Shown: piece after piece, positions 1 to 12,323 of the stretch
How the letters are laid out: each line of letters starts with the position of its first letter
Numbering within the stretch: position 1 is the first letter of the stretch
Origin: Gnetum montanum
Taxonomy: Eukaryota > Plantae > Gnetophyta
Direction: 5' to 3'
Length of the DNA stretch: 64,000 nt
NCBI GenBank assembly: GCA_015680685.1
Contig: MNCI01003240.1
Span: 161,468-225,467 of the forward strand
Program-made: the position numbers and the translations under genes
The notes under the pieces: model-generated
What the model was told of the DNA's origin: nothing
What the model saw: only the letters and a program-made list of their open reading frames with translations
Database searches by the model: none

Positions 1-62
1 TGGCGGCGCGACGCGATATCGCGTACGCGATATCGCGGCCTAGTGTAAACCGCGTCTCATCA
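1..62 (-). mobile_element. Terminus of a young TGATGA...TCATCA (Athila-like) LTR, cut by the window edge
   Basis: Ends in ...CTCATCA at 62. The reverse complement TGATGAGACGCGG...GCCGCGATATCGCGTACGCGATATCGC resembles the LTR start at 46208 (TGATGAGCCGTGATATCACGTACGTGATATAGC). CpGs are intact. Confidence 0.7.
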
Positions 63-104
63 GTATGTTATTTTTAGGATGCACAAATGACAACCTCCAA
101 ATAT

Positions 105-518
105 AAGTATTGAGTCAGTATAGGAAAGTATGGTATTTGAAGGATGAATGAAAAGTAAATATCTAAATCAAATGAACAAGATACCTAAATTTTTTCTTGT
201 CCATGAAACCTAGGAAAATAATGATATTTTGAGCCCACACATAGAATCAAAATAAACTCATATGTTAATTCCAATGTAGAGTCTAGCGTTAGAAATAAAA
301 TAGTTATTTTCCATATGAATCAATGTAAATCCATGTATAGAATCAATCCAATAATGTATGTTATATTCAAGAAGCATGGACTAGCAACCTTTGAATCCAA
401 GTATTGAATCACTATAGGAAAGTATGGTATTTGAAGGATGAATGGATACATAGATGTGAAACCTTTGAATCCAAGTATTAAATCACTATAGTAAAGTATC
501 ATAATTGAAGGATGAATG
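105..518. repeat. Three dispersed ~45-bp direct repeats (AAGTATTGAATCACTATAGGAAAGTATGGTATTTGAAGGATGAATG)
   Basis: Copies seen directly at ~105-148, ~397-444 and ~471-518. Confidence 0.7.
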
Positions 519-1601
519 AGTGATCAAGAACCACTATCAGTATGACAATAGCCATATAGGTTTTCCTCTCAAGTATGTTATTAAATAGTTATGATGTATA
601 CATAGTGTAATTTTCTTCATCATGCAAGCTATGAATAATTTTTCTTTTCAATATCAGTTTTAGAAATCCATATAATATGACTTACATACTATCTAATAAT
701 GGGTTACATGATTGCTCATGTTATGAAATGGTTATCTTGTATGCTTAATATAGGTTACTTGATCATGCAGGTTACTTGATCATGCATGTTATGATATGGA
801 TGCTGATTTGAAAAAGTTTGATTTTCTACATGATAGGATCATATTGGAAAAATTCTAATTAATGTTAATACTACAATGAGCCTCATTGAATCCTCATACT
901 TTTTAGTAATTAAGTGAGAGGGAAGACATGAGAATGTACATGCATTTATAAAATAGATGGATAATAATTCATACAAAGACCAAGGAATTGTGGTTGCAAT
1001 GACTATTGAAAGCAATGGAATAATTCATTTTTAGTAGGAAGTGCTTGTGTCATGTGCTAAAGCTATATGTTGATAACAACTTTGGACCACCACTATTTCC
1101 TTATTTCTTTCCTAGTAACAAGAAACTACTAGTTGGAAAAGTTCTACTTAACACCAATATTTATCTTCTCCTTATTATGATAATCATATGAATGAGATGT
1201 TCTTTCAAAACTCTAGTTTAAATGTTTTCCAATATTTGGAAATACCAAGACCCAAATACCTCCAAATAAACTTAGTGGTTACAGAGAAGTAAGTGTTTTG
1301 GGCTAACATTTAGTATAAATTTCATAATATTACCTTTTCAAAGTTTACAACTAATTGAACTTTAATGAAAAGATTCAACCCCTTTTTACACTATTCTATA
1401 TGTAATAAATTTCTAGCTATATCAATGCTACTTAGTCCATATACTCCTGATTATATTTTACATGTATGAATCATCCTTTCATCTAATGCTTAACTGTAAT
1501 TTAACAAATCTATTACCAATTTTTCCTAGAGAGAAAGTTCCATGAGAAAAACTATTAATATAGCAAGATTTAGGGGATTTTGAGAGGTATAATAGTAAAA
1601 T

Positions 1602-2368
1602 TGTATAACATCAAGATGAGCTACTATTGACAGGATTAAACACTTTGGGAAATAAAGCTTTTCAAATTAATCAATAATACCAAAAACTGCTAAGCTATTG
1701 TCTCAAACAAGCACTTTAACCAATTCTAAGAAACAACTGCAAAGTACATTATGATCTTGACTACTAACTAAGTAACAATGATAAAATAGAAAAATAAAGA
1801 TAACTCACAAAATCTAAGTAAATGAGCTAAATCAAATTTGATCTTATAATATTAGTACACTAAAACATCTCCAATAATTCCTTCCTTCTAGTTCATCCCC
1901 ACCCCATCCTCTTCCCCCAAAATATATCATAACAAATCTACTTTGGGTTTTATATAGCAGCCTTTGGCAGTTATAATCATTATAAAAGTTAAGACCACAA
2001 CTACCTCATGTTATCCTTGTATAATTGTAGGCCATTGGATAACTATTGTGTTACTTTATAAATGCTCCTTATTCTTTGAATCTAAAGCCCCTCAACTGAT
2101 AATTGTTATGATTTAGGAGAGCCTTAGTAGCTTGATTCCTTGTATTTGATTTAGATTCATTAAGCTTACTTCAATGCTTATTTCTTACAAAACTCATTTA
2201 GTTTGAAGATTTATTATTTCTATTGAAACAACTCGCTCAAACTTATTTTAGTTCAAGCTTATTCTTGGTATTTTCATTCATGAATCTAGTAATTGTCATC
2301 ACATATCCAAATAATCCTCTTTTTTTTTTTGAGATAATAGTTCTCTTTTATCTATACCTAAATTAACA
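1602..2368 (-). mobile_element. Putative 3' LTR of the Tat-like gypsy element
   Basis: TG...CA ends (TGTATAAC at 1602, TTAACA at 2368). A minus-strand TATA (TTTATATAG on +) lies at ~1950, and a purine-rich PPT-like tract (AAAAAAAGGCATAGGAAT on minus) abuts 2368. No partner LTR is present in the window. Confidence 0.3.
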
Positions 2369-2399
2369 ATTCCTATGCCTTTTTTTCAATCTACAAAAA

Positions 2400-5300
2400 T
2401 ATGGCCTTTTTCCTCATGAACTTTATGAGAACTCTGGAGACACTTCTGTGAGCTTCAATGGTATCTCTATGCTACTCTTAGCTTTCCTTCAATTCTTGGT
2501 TCTATTTGTCAATGTAGCTTTTTTCTTGACATTTCCTTTAATTATTGTTGACATTAGATTGTAAAACCATTTTTGAACTTTCTTGTAGAGTTGATTTTTG
2601 ACTCTATGAACCATTAACATCATATATTATTTCTTAAGCTTTCTCATAGAACCAAATTTTTTGTTCTTTGAGTTGTGTTATATCCTTTGGCTTTTTACTT
2701 ATAGTATACTGAACTAGATTAAAAATTTGATACACATGTACATAAATTAAAATTTTATTCTTTTATGGGCCTTATATGAGATTTAATGTATCTCATATAA
2801 CTATTTGAGAGCCCATTTTTATAACCTTTTTAGTGATCTATGAACTTGCTCTATAAGGAAGTTGACGTGGTAGAGTAGCTTTGTAGCTAGCTTGTAGAGC
2901 CAATTCATAAAACCACTTTCTAGTTTTACAAGTTTTTCTCTTATTTTGAGCATATGTGGATTTTGAGTTCTTTTAAATCATCTAATCTAGTTTAAAATTA
3001 TAATTTTCCATATGAGGAATAATATTTAGTAGGTTCTGTGTCTAAGCTTTATACTTTAGTGCTCATGTGACTCATAGAACTATTTTAAAGCTCATTTGTG
3101 TAACCAAGTTTTAGTTCTACGAATCTACACTTCTCAAAACTTACATGGAAAAATAATTCTTTAGATTCTTTCTTTTTAGGATTTATGATGATGATATGGC
3201 TTGTAGTACTATTTTTCAAATTTTTTTTCTAGAACCACTTTTTGGTTCTATGAACCTCCACTAAACATTAAAGCTAATGTGGCAATTCTTCCCAATTTAG
3301 AGTTAACTCTTACAACTTGATGCACTTGTTGACTTTCTAAAGTTGATGTGCCCTGTGAAAAGGATCTAATTTGTAGAATCATTCTTTGAGCTTCATTTAA
3401 TATTTCAATCTTCCTTGTAATGATGTGACAAAATATTCTCAAGTCTAGCTCTTGAAATTTGCTTGTAGAACCATTCTGAAGCTTATTTATAGAATAGTTC
3501 TATTAATAGTAACTACTTCTACAAGGAAGCTGATGTGGAAGAATGAGTTTAAGCTTCCTTGTAGAACCAACTTTGAATTCTATGTGTTATACCCTACTCT
3601 TCATAACTTGATAAGCTAGATTAAAAATATAGTACACACATGCACAATTCTTGGTGGATATGAGATGAGATCTATTTAAGCTAATATGCCTTGTAGAACC
3701 AATTTCTAAATCTACAAACTAGCACTATATAGAAGCTAACATGGTAAAGTATCCTCAATGTCCATCTTTATGAGCTCATTAATTTTATAAAGCTGACGTG
3801 GTTCATAGAATTAATTTTCAACTTTGTTTGTAGAGTTGAATTTCAAATTCATGAATTGGTACTACAAGCTAATGTGGAAGTGAGGGCTGAATCTCTTTTA
3901 AAAGCTTCTGATACATCCTTTGGAAATACTTAAGCGATTTGTAAAACCATTTTGTAGATCCTCTTTTTGGTTCTACAAACTTGCAACTATGTAACTTTCA
4001 CACCGTAGAGCTCATTTTAAGCTTTTTCATAGGGCTAAATTTTAGCTTTACAAACTAGTTCTATGGCTAATGTGGTAGAAACATTTTCTGTACCCGCTTG
4101 TAGAATTGAATTTTAGCCTTATAAGTTATGCTTTTTCTTCAAAGTTGAGGTGGTAGAGCTATTTTTGCACTTTCTCATGGAACCAGATTTTAATTGTATA
4201 AGCCATGTAATCAAGCTTTTGTGTCACAATACATGTTTTCACCTTAATCACTGATTTTGTAGAAGCGAATGCATAATATCCTTTAATGGATTTTGGCATA
4301 TTGATTTGTTAATAAAGCTACATCATATGTTACATAATGAAGTTGATGTGATAGAATGAAAGATGGGCTTGTTTGTAAAGTTGATTTTTGGCTCTACGAG
4401 CAACGCCCTCTCTCCAAAGTTGATGTGATTTATCTAAATTTACACTTTCCTATAGAAAAAAATTTGTGTTCTATGAGCAACGTCTTTCTCTCTAAAGCTA
4501 CAATGTCAAATTCAATTTTATGATTCTTCTTAGAGTTAAGTTTAGCTTTATAAATTGATTCCATGGGCTGATGTAGTAGAACCATTTCTGCATCCACTTT
4601 GTAGAAGAAAATTTTAGCTCTATGAGTGATGCTTTTTCTTTGAAGCTTACATGGTTTGACAATGACATGGCTTATAGAACCAATTTTATTTATCTTCGTA
4701 AAACTAGATTTTGATTCTATGAATCAAGGCTAATAGCTTACATGGTAGAGCCAAAAAATATGTTTCTTGTAGAACAATCTTTTGACCCCACAAATCTTTC
4801 CATCTAAAGAAAGCTAACTTGGTAGAATAATTCTTCACTCTTTTTTCATAGAACTAGATTTTGGTTCTACTAACCTACTTCACATTATAGCTTACCTATC
4901 ATAGGAAATACACATATACAAAGCTAATTTTAGCCTTTCCTTGAACTTTAATCTTGTGAAGGTAAATCCAATAGAGCCATCTTGCAGAGCCAATTTTTGG
5001 TTCTATGGGCCTCCTTTATGAGTTGATGTGGCAAGCATAGTTAAGAAAATATTTTCTTTGAAATGATTCTTTAAACCTCTTGCAAAGCTAATCCTTGGTT
5101 CTATTTATCTACTTCTTTCATAAAAATGATTCAAAAGAATTAAATCAGCCTTGAATCAAGCCCCTTTTCCTAAAATAATAGGGTTTATTTTTGTGCTTAG
5201 CTATTTTCTCTAATGAAAATCCTATATTGAGATGAAACTAGTCTTTAAGCTCCATGAATTCATTTTTAACAATCTCATCTTAATTAGAAAATAAAAAGAT

Positions 5301-6030
5301 CCCTTTAGGAAAGAAGAGCATCCCTCTAGGTTAGATTAAGCTCATTCAAGTTCTATCTTTGTAACCATTCTGCATGATGTTAGGTATAATTCAAAATCTT
5401 AACTTCTTGAATTAAAGCATCTTCACAAAAAATTTTCTTTATATACAATGCTATTTATTTGAGATCTACTATGCCACAAAAACTTGAAAAATTATTCTTA
5501 ACTTTCATACTTAAGTTTTGATGCTTTATTCATACTACAACTCTCATCAAAAACATGGCTTTAAATCTTTGAAACTCAAATTTACAATTACGACTTGAGC
5601 TTTTTATTCTTTTAATTGTAAGCCTTAAACTATTCTTAGATATAGAGTCTCTTTCTTATGTAAATTTTTAGCTATATTAAAATAAAAAATCATTATCAAT
5701 TTTTATGATTTACCTTTCTACAAGTTTTAATGTCTTGAGATACCAAATAGATTTTGTTGATTCCAAAAATGAAAGCTTAAAATATTATCCTGTTTTCATT
5801 TTAATAAGCATAATAGGGGTATGAATATAACCCTAAGGTAGAGAACTAGGCTTTGTTAAGCTCATAATTTTTATTCAAGACTTGAATGAAAATATTCGAT
5901 TCTTAAATTGGACTCTATAAAAGAGTTACCTACTTTATTTATAATGAAGCAATATTCTTTAGCTAATTCTCCACTCATTTAGTAGAGAGCAAGAATTTAG
6001 CCCTACTCCATTAATTGCTAAAATGTAATA
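2400..6030. repeat. Degenerate ~60-bp tandem array (GTAGAACCAATTTT...TTCTATGAG...GCTGATGTGG) followed by a decayed ORF-like segment; probable 3' region of the Tat-like element
   Basis: The motifs recur many times over 2400-5100. 3699-6030 is colinear with 32803-35180. Confidence 0.7.
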
Positions 6031-7056
6031 ACATTTCATGCCCTCCTTTTTTTTTTGAAAATATCACTATACTAAAACTCTTTGAATCGTAATATTTCAT
6101 TTATTCTGATGAGTCAATACTGAATGATATCATTTATAATGATATCTCAAGAAGTTGTAAACTAAGCTTTAAAAGAAAATATTTTTTGGAAAAATTTTCA
6201 ATTAAGCTTAATGGCTAAAAGTATAAAAACTCCATGTAGCCTAAATGTCATGCAAACTATACATATATATATATATATATGTATCTAGCTATCTAAAAAC
6301 TAGTTAAGTGGTAGAATGAAAATAACCACCATAACCTTCCTAGGAATCTTTCCTTTGGAAGCTCTATCATACTTGATTTCAACTATAACTTTGGTCATCT
6401 TCTCATCTTCTTGATTTTGAGTCTTCTCCCTAGATATGTCCATTCTACTACTTTCCCCAACTGATTCCTTTTTAATTGGTTATAGGAAATCCCCTTTTTC
6501 ATTTCTTCAAACTAATATTATGATTGCAAATTTGAGCTGGGACCTTGATTTTTCTCTTAGCTAGGCTCATTAGTAACCTACCAGATGAAAACTTCTTTTT
6601 ACAAATTTCATTTGTTTTCATTTTCCTTATTACCATCTTGCCTCATGATTTTCAAACACTGATTGTAATCACCCTAAAGCTAAGCATGAATAGAGCAACC
6701 ATTTCTCATAACAGAAAATTTGTTAGCCAACCATGTTAGATAAGGATAATTCTATGGAGGGCCATAGTTTGAAGCTTTATAATATAAACTCATGATATGC
6801 TCTAGACAACATCCAAATAGATGAGGGATGAAAATCCTTGTTCTTAAATATTTTTAAAAAAGAACACTCTAAAATCAAGAGCTTTTAGCTAATGGAAAGA
6901 TTAGTCATACTTCATAATATAGCTAAAGTTCTCAAGAATTCCCATCATCATAACAACTAGCTTAGTTGCTTATTAAATTCATACTAAGCTTATTTATTAA
7001 CTTCCAAAATAAAACATTCTTTACATATTTAAAATATTTTATTTATCTCAATTCCA

Positions 7057-7826
7057 TCAAGTATTAGGTGGTTTCCCAAAGTAGTACTTGAGGTGGATGA
7101 CATTCAATGGGAAATTCAGTTTGGTTCCATCCATCATGAACAACTTATAGGTATTATCTAGCACTTGTTGCTTGACAAAAAATGGGCATGTCCATTTTAA
7201 AGAAAATTTTTCATGATTGTTTCTTCTTTGTGTGTTCAAAAGAAACACTAGATCTCCTCCTCTAAATGCCCTTTCTAAAGTTTTTTTTTTATCAAATCAT
7301 CTTTTAATTCATGATGCATTTATTAATAGACTATATTTGGCTTTATCAATCTTAGCTTCTCTCTTGATAAGTAAAGACATTAAACTTCTCTATCTTTGTG
7401 TACATTTTTATTGCACTTCTGTACAAATTTTGATGTTGATGTTTTGATATTATTGGTAATTTTTGTTGCTATTCCATAAACTAGATTATAGGATGAGGTG
7501 CTCATAAATTTCTTAATATGTATGAGATTTGTCCATAAAGCAGATTGTAGGTAATTATGCTAGTTTCCTAAAATCCCTTCCATTAACCTTTTTGTTTATG
7601 AAATAAGATTCTTATTTCTACATTTAGCTAACCTATTTTCTTAAGGATAATAATTTAACAACGAGAATAGAAAAATAGATTTTTTGGAAGCCCAACTTAT
7701 AAATTTTTTAGATTAAAATGCAAGACCATTATCCAATATTAATTCTTCAAACATATTAAAGCAACTTATTATATGATCTTCAAAAAATCTTATTACATCT
7801 AAATCTAAAATTTTTGTTAGAAATTT
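7057..7826 (-). pseudogene. pol: Ty3/gypsy (Tat-like) integrase core and C-terminus, degenerate
   Basis: Minus-strand VIRFFEDHIISCFNMFEELILDNGLAF, then a remnant of the ...ALW...STSSYNLVYG segment, then the GPY/F-type tail KFSLKWTCPFFV...NTYKLFMMDG...NVIHLKYY (ORF 7057-7248). Confidence 0.8.
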
Positions 7827-8041
7827 CACTTGTAAAACCTAAAAAATTTATTGTTGGAAGGCCAAAAATCTAGAATGAGGCAGTTTAGATTTAGATCCAT
7901 GGACCTTGAGAGAAGGATTCAAAGCACCCTAGATAATCTTTCTGATCACTTAAGGACTTATGATTTGTTAATAATGTGAATAAAATGTAATCAGATACAA
8001 ATTTAAGTGCAAAGAAATGGATAATACCATTGTAATGAACA

Positions 8042-8656
8042 AATTTGTAAAGAAGAAGTGGAGAAAAATCAAGATCAAGTCCTTCCATCCTAAATAAGAC
8101 CATCTGATAATATACCACTTATGGTAGAATTACAATTACTTTAATCAATTCATAAGGTTGATCAAGATCAAGAAGTATCTCACCCTTATTTTTATTTATA
8201 ATCTTATTATTTTCTTCATTATTTAATTTATATTTTAATTAGATAAGTAAAATATCTAAGGTAATGAAAGTTGGAAATAAAGAATTTTGCCTGCCCTCAT
8301 TTGTTTAGACTAGTGATTCGTGATTGGTAGATATTTAATTCATCTCTTGTAATTATCTTAGAAAATGAGATAAGTATTAATAAAATAATATTTAATGCTT
8401 ATATATATATATATATATATATATCCTTTTCTTACATATATTTTGTTTACAAAATATGCAAGAAACAACTTCAAGTTCAAAGAAGAAACCAAATTATTGG
8501 AGCATAGGATCATAATAAAAGCATTAGAGCTGAAAAAAAACATAGTGAATGTAGACTCATTCGAGGATGAATGAAACCTAACAGGGGTAGATTATCACAT
8601 CCCCATTTCCAGATGATGTTTTTTCCTAATGAAGATGGTGCCTCTTCATAACAAGT
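8042..8656 (+). repeat. Direct duplication of 11783-12387 (CCR4 3' end, 3' flank and first ~65 bp of the solo LTR)
   Basis: Colinear match, e.g. AATCAAGATCAAGTCCTTCCATCC...CACATCCCCATTTCC...GCCTCTTCATAACAAGT. Confidence 0.9.
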
Positions 8657-9966
8657 GCTACTATGTGCTACCCTCTGACGCTGATGCCTGCTGTGCTCTA
8701 CTATTGCACCCTAGGCTATTGTATTTCCTCTTGCCAAACCACTCATGTGTCATCCTTTAGCATTGTCATTGCCATTATTGCTACCTCAGTTGCTAGCAAT
8801 GCATTGGCCCACAAGACCTTTTCCAACATGTTGGCCCTCAAGGACCATAGCAACGCACTGGCCACATTAACACTCTAGCCTAAGGTTGTGCTATTGCCCA
8901 GAACCAGTAGCTACTATGCTTAAAACCCACTTACGTTACTACCTACCTACTATGCCATGCTACATACCATCTTGCTATTGCCAACACCTACCATGATCTA
9001 TTGCTTGCAAACCCCTATTGTCACTACTATTCGGTTGCTCTACCCTCCATTCAATGCACTATCATTGACACCTTGTGCACACATCATCCTCTAGTGATAG
9101 CCACTACTGTCCACCAGCTCCTTCGATAATGGTCCATTGTAGGCATCAAAAAAACTATTCATAATGATCCATTGCAACCACCACCAATGCTGATGCCACA
9201 ATTCATAATGGCCATCACAAGCACTGCAGATGCCAACAACATCATTCATAATGGTTCATTGTATGAACTATAGATGTTGATGGTGTTGTCCATAATGGTA
9301 CATCATGAGCACCATGGGCATTGATAATGCTACTCATAGTGATCCATCCCAAGCATCATGGGCATCGTTCATAGTGGCCCATCTCAGGCACTTGTGAGCA
9401 TTGATGGTGCCATCAATAACAACCTATTCTAGTGTGCTCTATCATCAAAAACCCTCACAGGAAATTTTTGTTCTCCAATGCTATTTTTGGACCATGTAGG
9501 CCCTGCAAGGGGCTACATGGGCCCCATTTAGAGCTACTCTAGCCCTCAAAGGGCTACGTTGGACCCATTTTGGACCAAGTAGTCCCACATAAAGGCTATG
9601 TAGGCCCACACACTCGCCATGCAGGCCTCAGTATAGGTCACCTAGGCCAAAAAAATGCTAATTTGAAACCAACCGTTCGATGATATTCTACCTAGGCATG
9701 CCACCCATCATCAACCAATGCTCAACACCACCTAACATTGCCCAACACTTCCCATGCCTACCATCAATGTTGCATCCATTGCTATCATCGTTCCTACCCT
9801 ATCTTACCCTATTACTAGAAAACCTTTTCCATTGATTGATAGAGATTTCCAAATTTCTGTCAATCGATGGAAAATTCATAATTTTCATTAGAATGCTATT
9901 AGTTTAAAATTTGGAACATGGAAAATTTTTCAAAAAATGGGATTTGATGTGTTGGCAACATGTGAG

Positions 9967-10043
9967 ATAAGAGTTCCATAATTAACTGTGCTTGTTTTGG
10001 AGTAATACTAGGATGGGTGACCTCTCAAAAAGTCTTGTTTTTG
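9967..10043 (+). pseudogene. 5S rRNA gene fragment (internal control region), non-functional
   Basis: ATAAGAGTTCCATAATTAACTGTGCTTG...GAGTAATACTAGGATGGGTGACCTCTCAAAAAGTCTTG aligns to plant 5S ATCAGAACTCCGCAGTTAAGCGTGCTTG...GAGTAGTACTAGGATGGGTGACCTCCTGGGAAGTCCTCG. The 5' third is missing. Confidence 0.8.
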
Positions 10044-10724
10044 GAATCAAAGGTTCTCAACACCAAAATCCATAACTTTGACTCTAGAAGCCTTTTTCAA
10101 TGAATGAAGAGTTGTTTCTGATAGATCTCAACCTTTCAAACACAATGGTGAAGTTAATCCATCCCAAGGAATGCCAAAAATTACTTGTCATCCCCTTGCC
10201 CAACATAGTGCCTTAAAACCTTCAAAATTTTAGTTTAGCATAACTCTAGCATATGATGTTCATTTTTAACATATGAATAGTCATTTCTAACATTTTCACC
10301 CTTTTGAACTCAATGGTAAGGTCAATCATCTAGGTACTTGATAATTTGATAATATCATGAGCCATGCCTTAAAAGTCAACAACATATGGATAACCAATCA
10401 TGTCCTTTTTAGACTAATAAATTTAATTTTTTAAGGACCTTAATATTTAGAGCTTAATTTTTGTAGATAGCCTTAAGATCACTGTGGCATGTCATTAGTT
10501 ACCTTGCTGGAGTCAATGTCTTAACGGGGGGTAGAAAGGCCATTAAGAATAAGATGATATAAATAAATATTACTAAAATTAGATAATGTAGTTATATATT
10601 ACTAAAAACTAGATAATATAGTTAAAGATTACCAGAATTAGTTGAAGAATCATTTGATAAACAAAAATGATCCGAAAAAAGGTATATTAATTTGTTTTGC
10701 AACCAACTCATACAATAGAACAAC

Positions 10725-11912
10725 ATGGAGATTCAAAATATTGTTTTAAAAAGGTGTATGATTCCCATGAAAAGAAATGATCCAAAAGAGAATCCAAGAA
10801 TGAGAATGAAAATTGCAACATACAATGTATTTGGAAGATCCTTAGCAAGTGACAAACAACATTCTATGTTCACCATGGGCCTTGGATTGGCACAAATATT
10901 GATACCCGTGCATCTTAGTAAAATTACAAGATTTGGATGCTAATGTTTTATGCCTTTAAGTCTTGCCATGGGAATTTCTATACAAATTCCAACTAGATTT
11001 AAAAAATATGGGAGACATAGGTATTTATAAGCAAAAAGGTTCTTTTGGAAGTTCTTCTTTTGTGCCATATAGGTTAGCATATTGCAAAAATCACAACATG
11101 GATGGTTGTGTGATCTTTTATAAAGAAGAAAAGTTTGAATTAGTGTAAAGATTCAAATGGAGATTAGAAAATATGATTTTTGAAATTCCAAAAATTCAAA
11201 TCATTGAAAACAAAGAACAATCAAGATTTTAGAAACATCCCATAGCCTTGGCAGTGTTTCTAAAAGTCCAACTATTAGAAAGATGTGTATGTGTAGTCAA
11301 CACACATTTGATTGCCAAACCAACATGTCCAAATTTCAGCTTATGTCAAGGAGCATACTTGATTAAATAAATAGAAGAAAGTTTGAAGAATAAGTTATTT
11401 CTAAACCATACAGATCTAATGCCATTTGTTCTTTGTGGAGACTTCAATGAAAAAGTTGAAAGTAGTGTTTATTAATTCTTAAAATATGGATATGTAAAGG
11501 AATATTTGGAAGATGAACCTAATTTAAAGAATATGTTCCATCAATTCAATATGAAATTCCATTGGCAAATGCATATTATACTTACTTAAAATCTTTAGTG
11601 GATAAATTAAATCCCAAAATTCAAGAACATGTGATGTTGATGGGTAGTGCTCATCAAGAACCACAGTTCAGTAATTACTCTAGTGTGATTAATTATGATG
11701 GATCAAAAAAATTCTTCATTGAGACTTTAGATTATTTTTTGTATGGTGTTCATTTCTTCCAAGTTATCAAGTTATTAGAGTTAATTTCTAAAGAGTAAGT
11801 AGAGAATAATCAAGATCAAGTCCTTCCATCCCAAACAAGACCATCCAATCATATACCACTTATGGCAGAATTACAATTACTTCAATCAATTCATAAGGTT
11901 GATCAAGATTAG
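10725..11912 (+). pseudogene. Intronless CCR4/nocturnin-family (EEP) deadenylase pseudogene
   Basis: Ordered EEP/CCR4 motifs: KIATYNV, PWALDW, DANVLCL*, DGCVIFYKEEKF, VVNTHL, FVLCGDFN, EPQFSNY, ETLDY, PSQTRPSNHIPLMAE. It has stops and frameshifts and no evident introns. Confidence 0.88.
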
Positions 11913-12323
11913 GAAGTATCTCATCCTTATTTTTATTTATAATCTTATTATTTTCTTCATTATTTTCTTTATATTTTAATTAGATAAGTAAAATATATAA
12001 GGTAATAAAAGTTGGGAATAAAGAATTTACCCTGCCTTCATTTGGTTAAAATGGTGATTGGTGATTGGTACATCTTTAATTCTTCTATTGTAATTATCTA
12101 TGAAAATGAGGTAAGTATTGATAAAATAATATTTAATTCTTTTATATATATTCTTTTCTTACATATATTTTATTTACAGAATATGCAAGAAACAACTTCA
12201 AGTTTAAAGGAGAAATCAAATCATTGGAGCATAGGATCATAACAAAAGCATTGGAGCCAAGAAAAAAAAAAGATAGTGAATGTAGACTCATTCAAGAACG
12301 AATGAAACCTAAGGGGTGTAGAT

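Noticed and set aside
860-1460. Possible decayed exon(s)
   Set aside because: The composition looks coding, but I recognise no motif in the frames I read.
2400-5100. CRISPR-like array
   Set aside because: The repeats are degenerate with no unique spacers, there are no cas genes, and the context is eukaryotic TE sequence.
9967-10043. Functional 5S rRNA gene or complete Cassandra TRIM
   Set aside because: The 5' third is missing, there is no tandem array, and no paired LTRs, PBS or PPT surround it.
10430-10640. Mutator TIR-like stretch (TTAACGG...CCATTAA; ACTAAAATTAGATAAT repeats)
   Set aside because: No partner TIR or 9-bp TSD could be found by eye.
10725-11912. LINE APE endonuclease
   Set aside because: The motifs (PWALDW, DGC.IFY..KF, EP.F.NY, PS..PS.H) fit CCR4-type EEP, and no RT follows.
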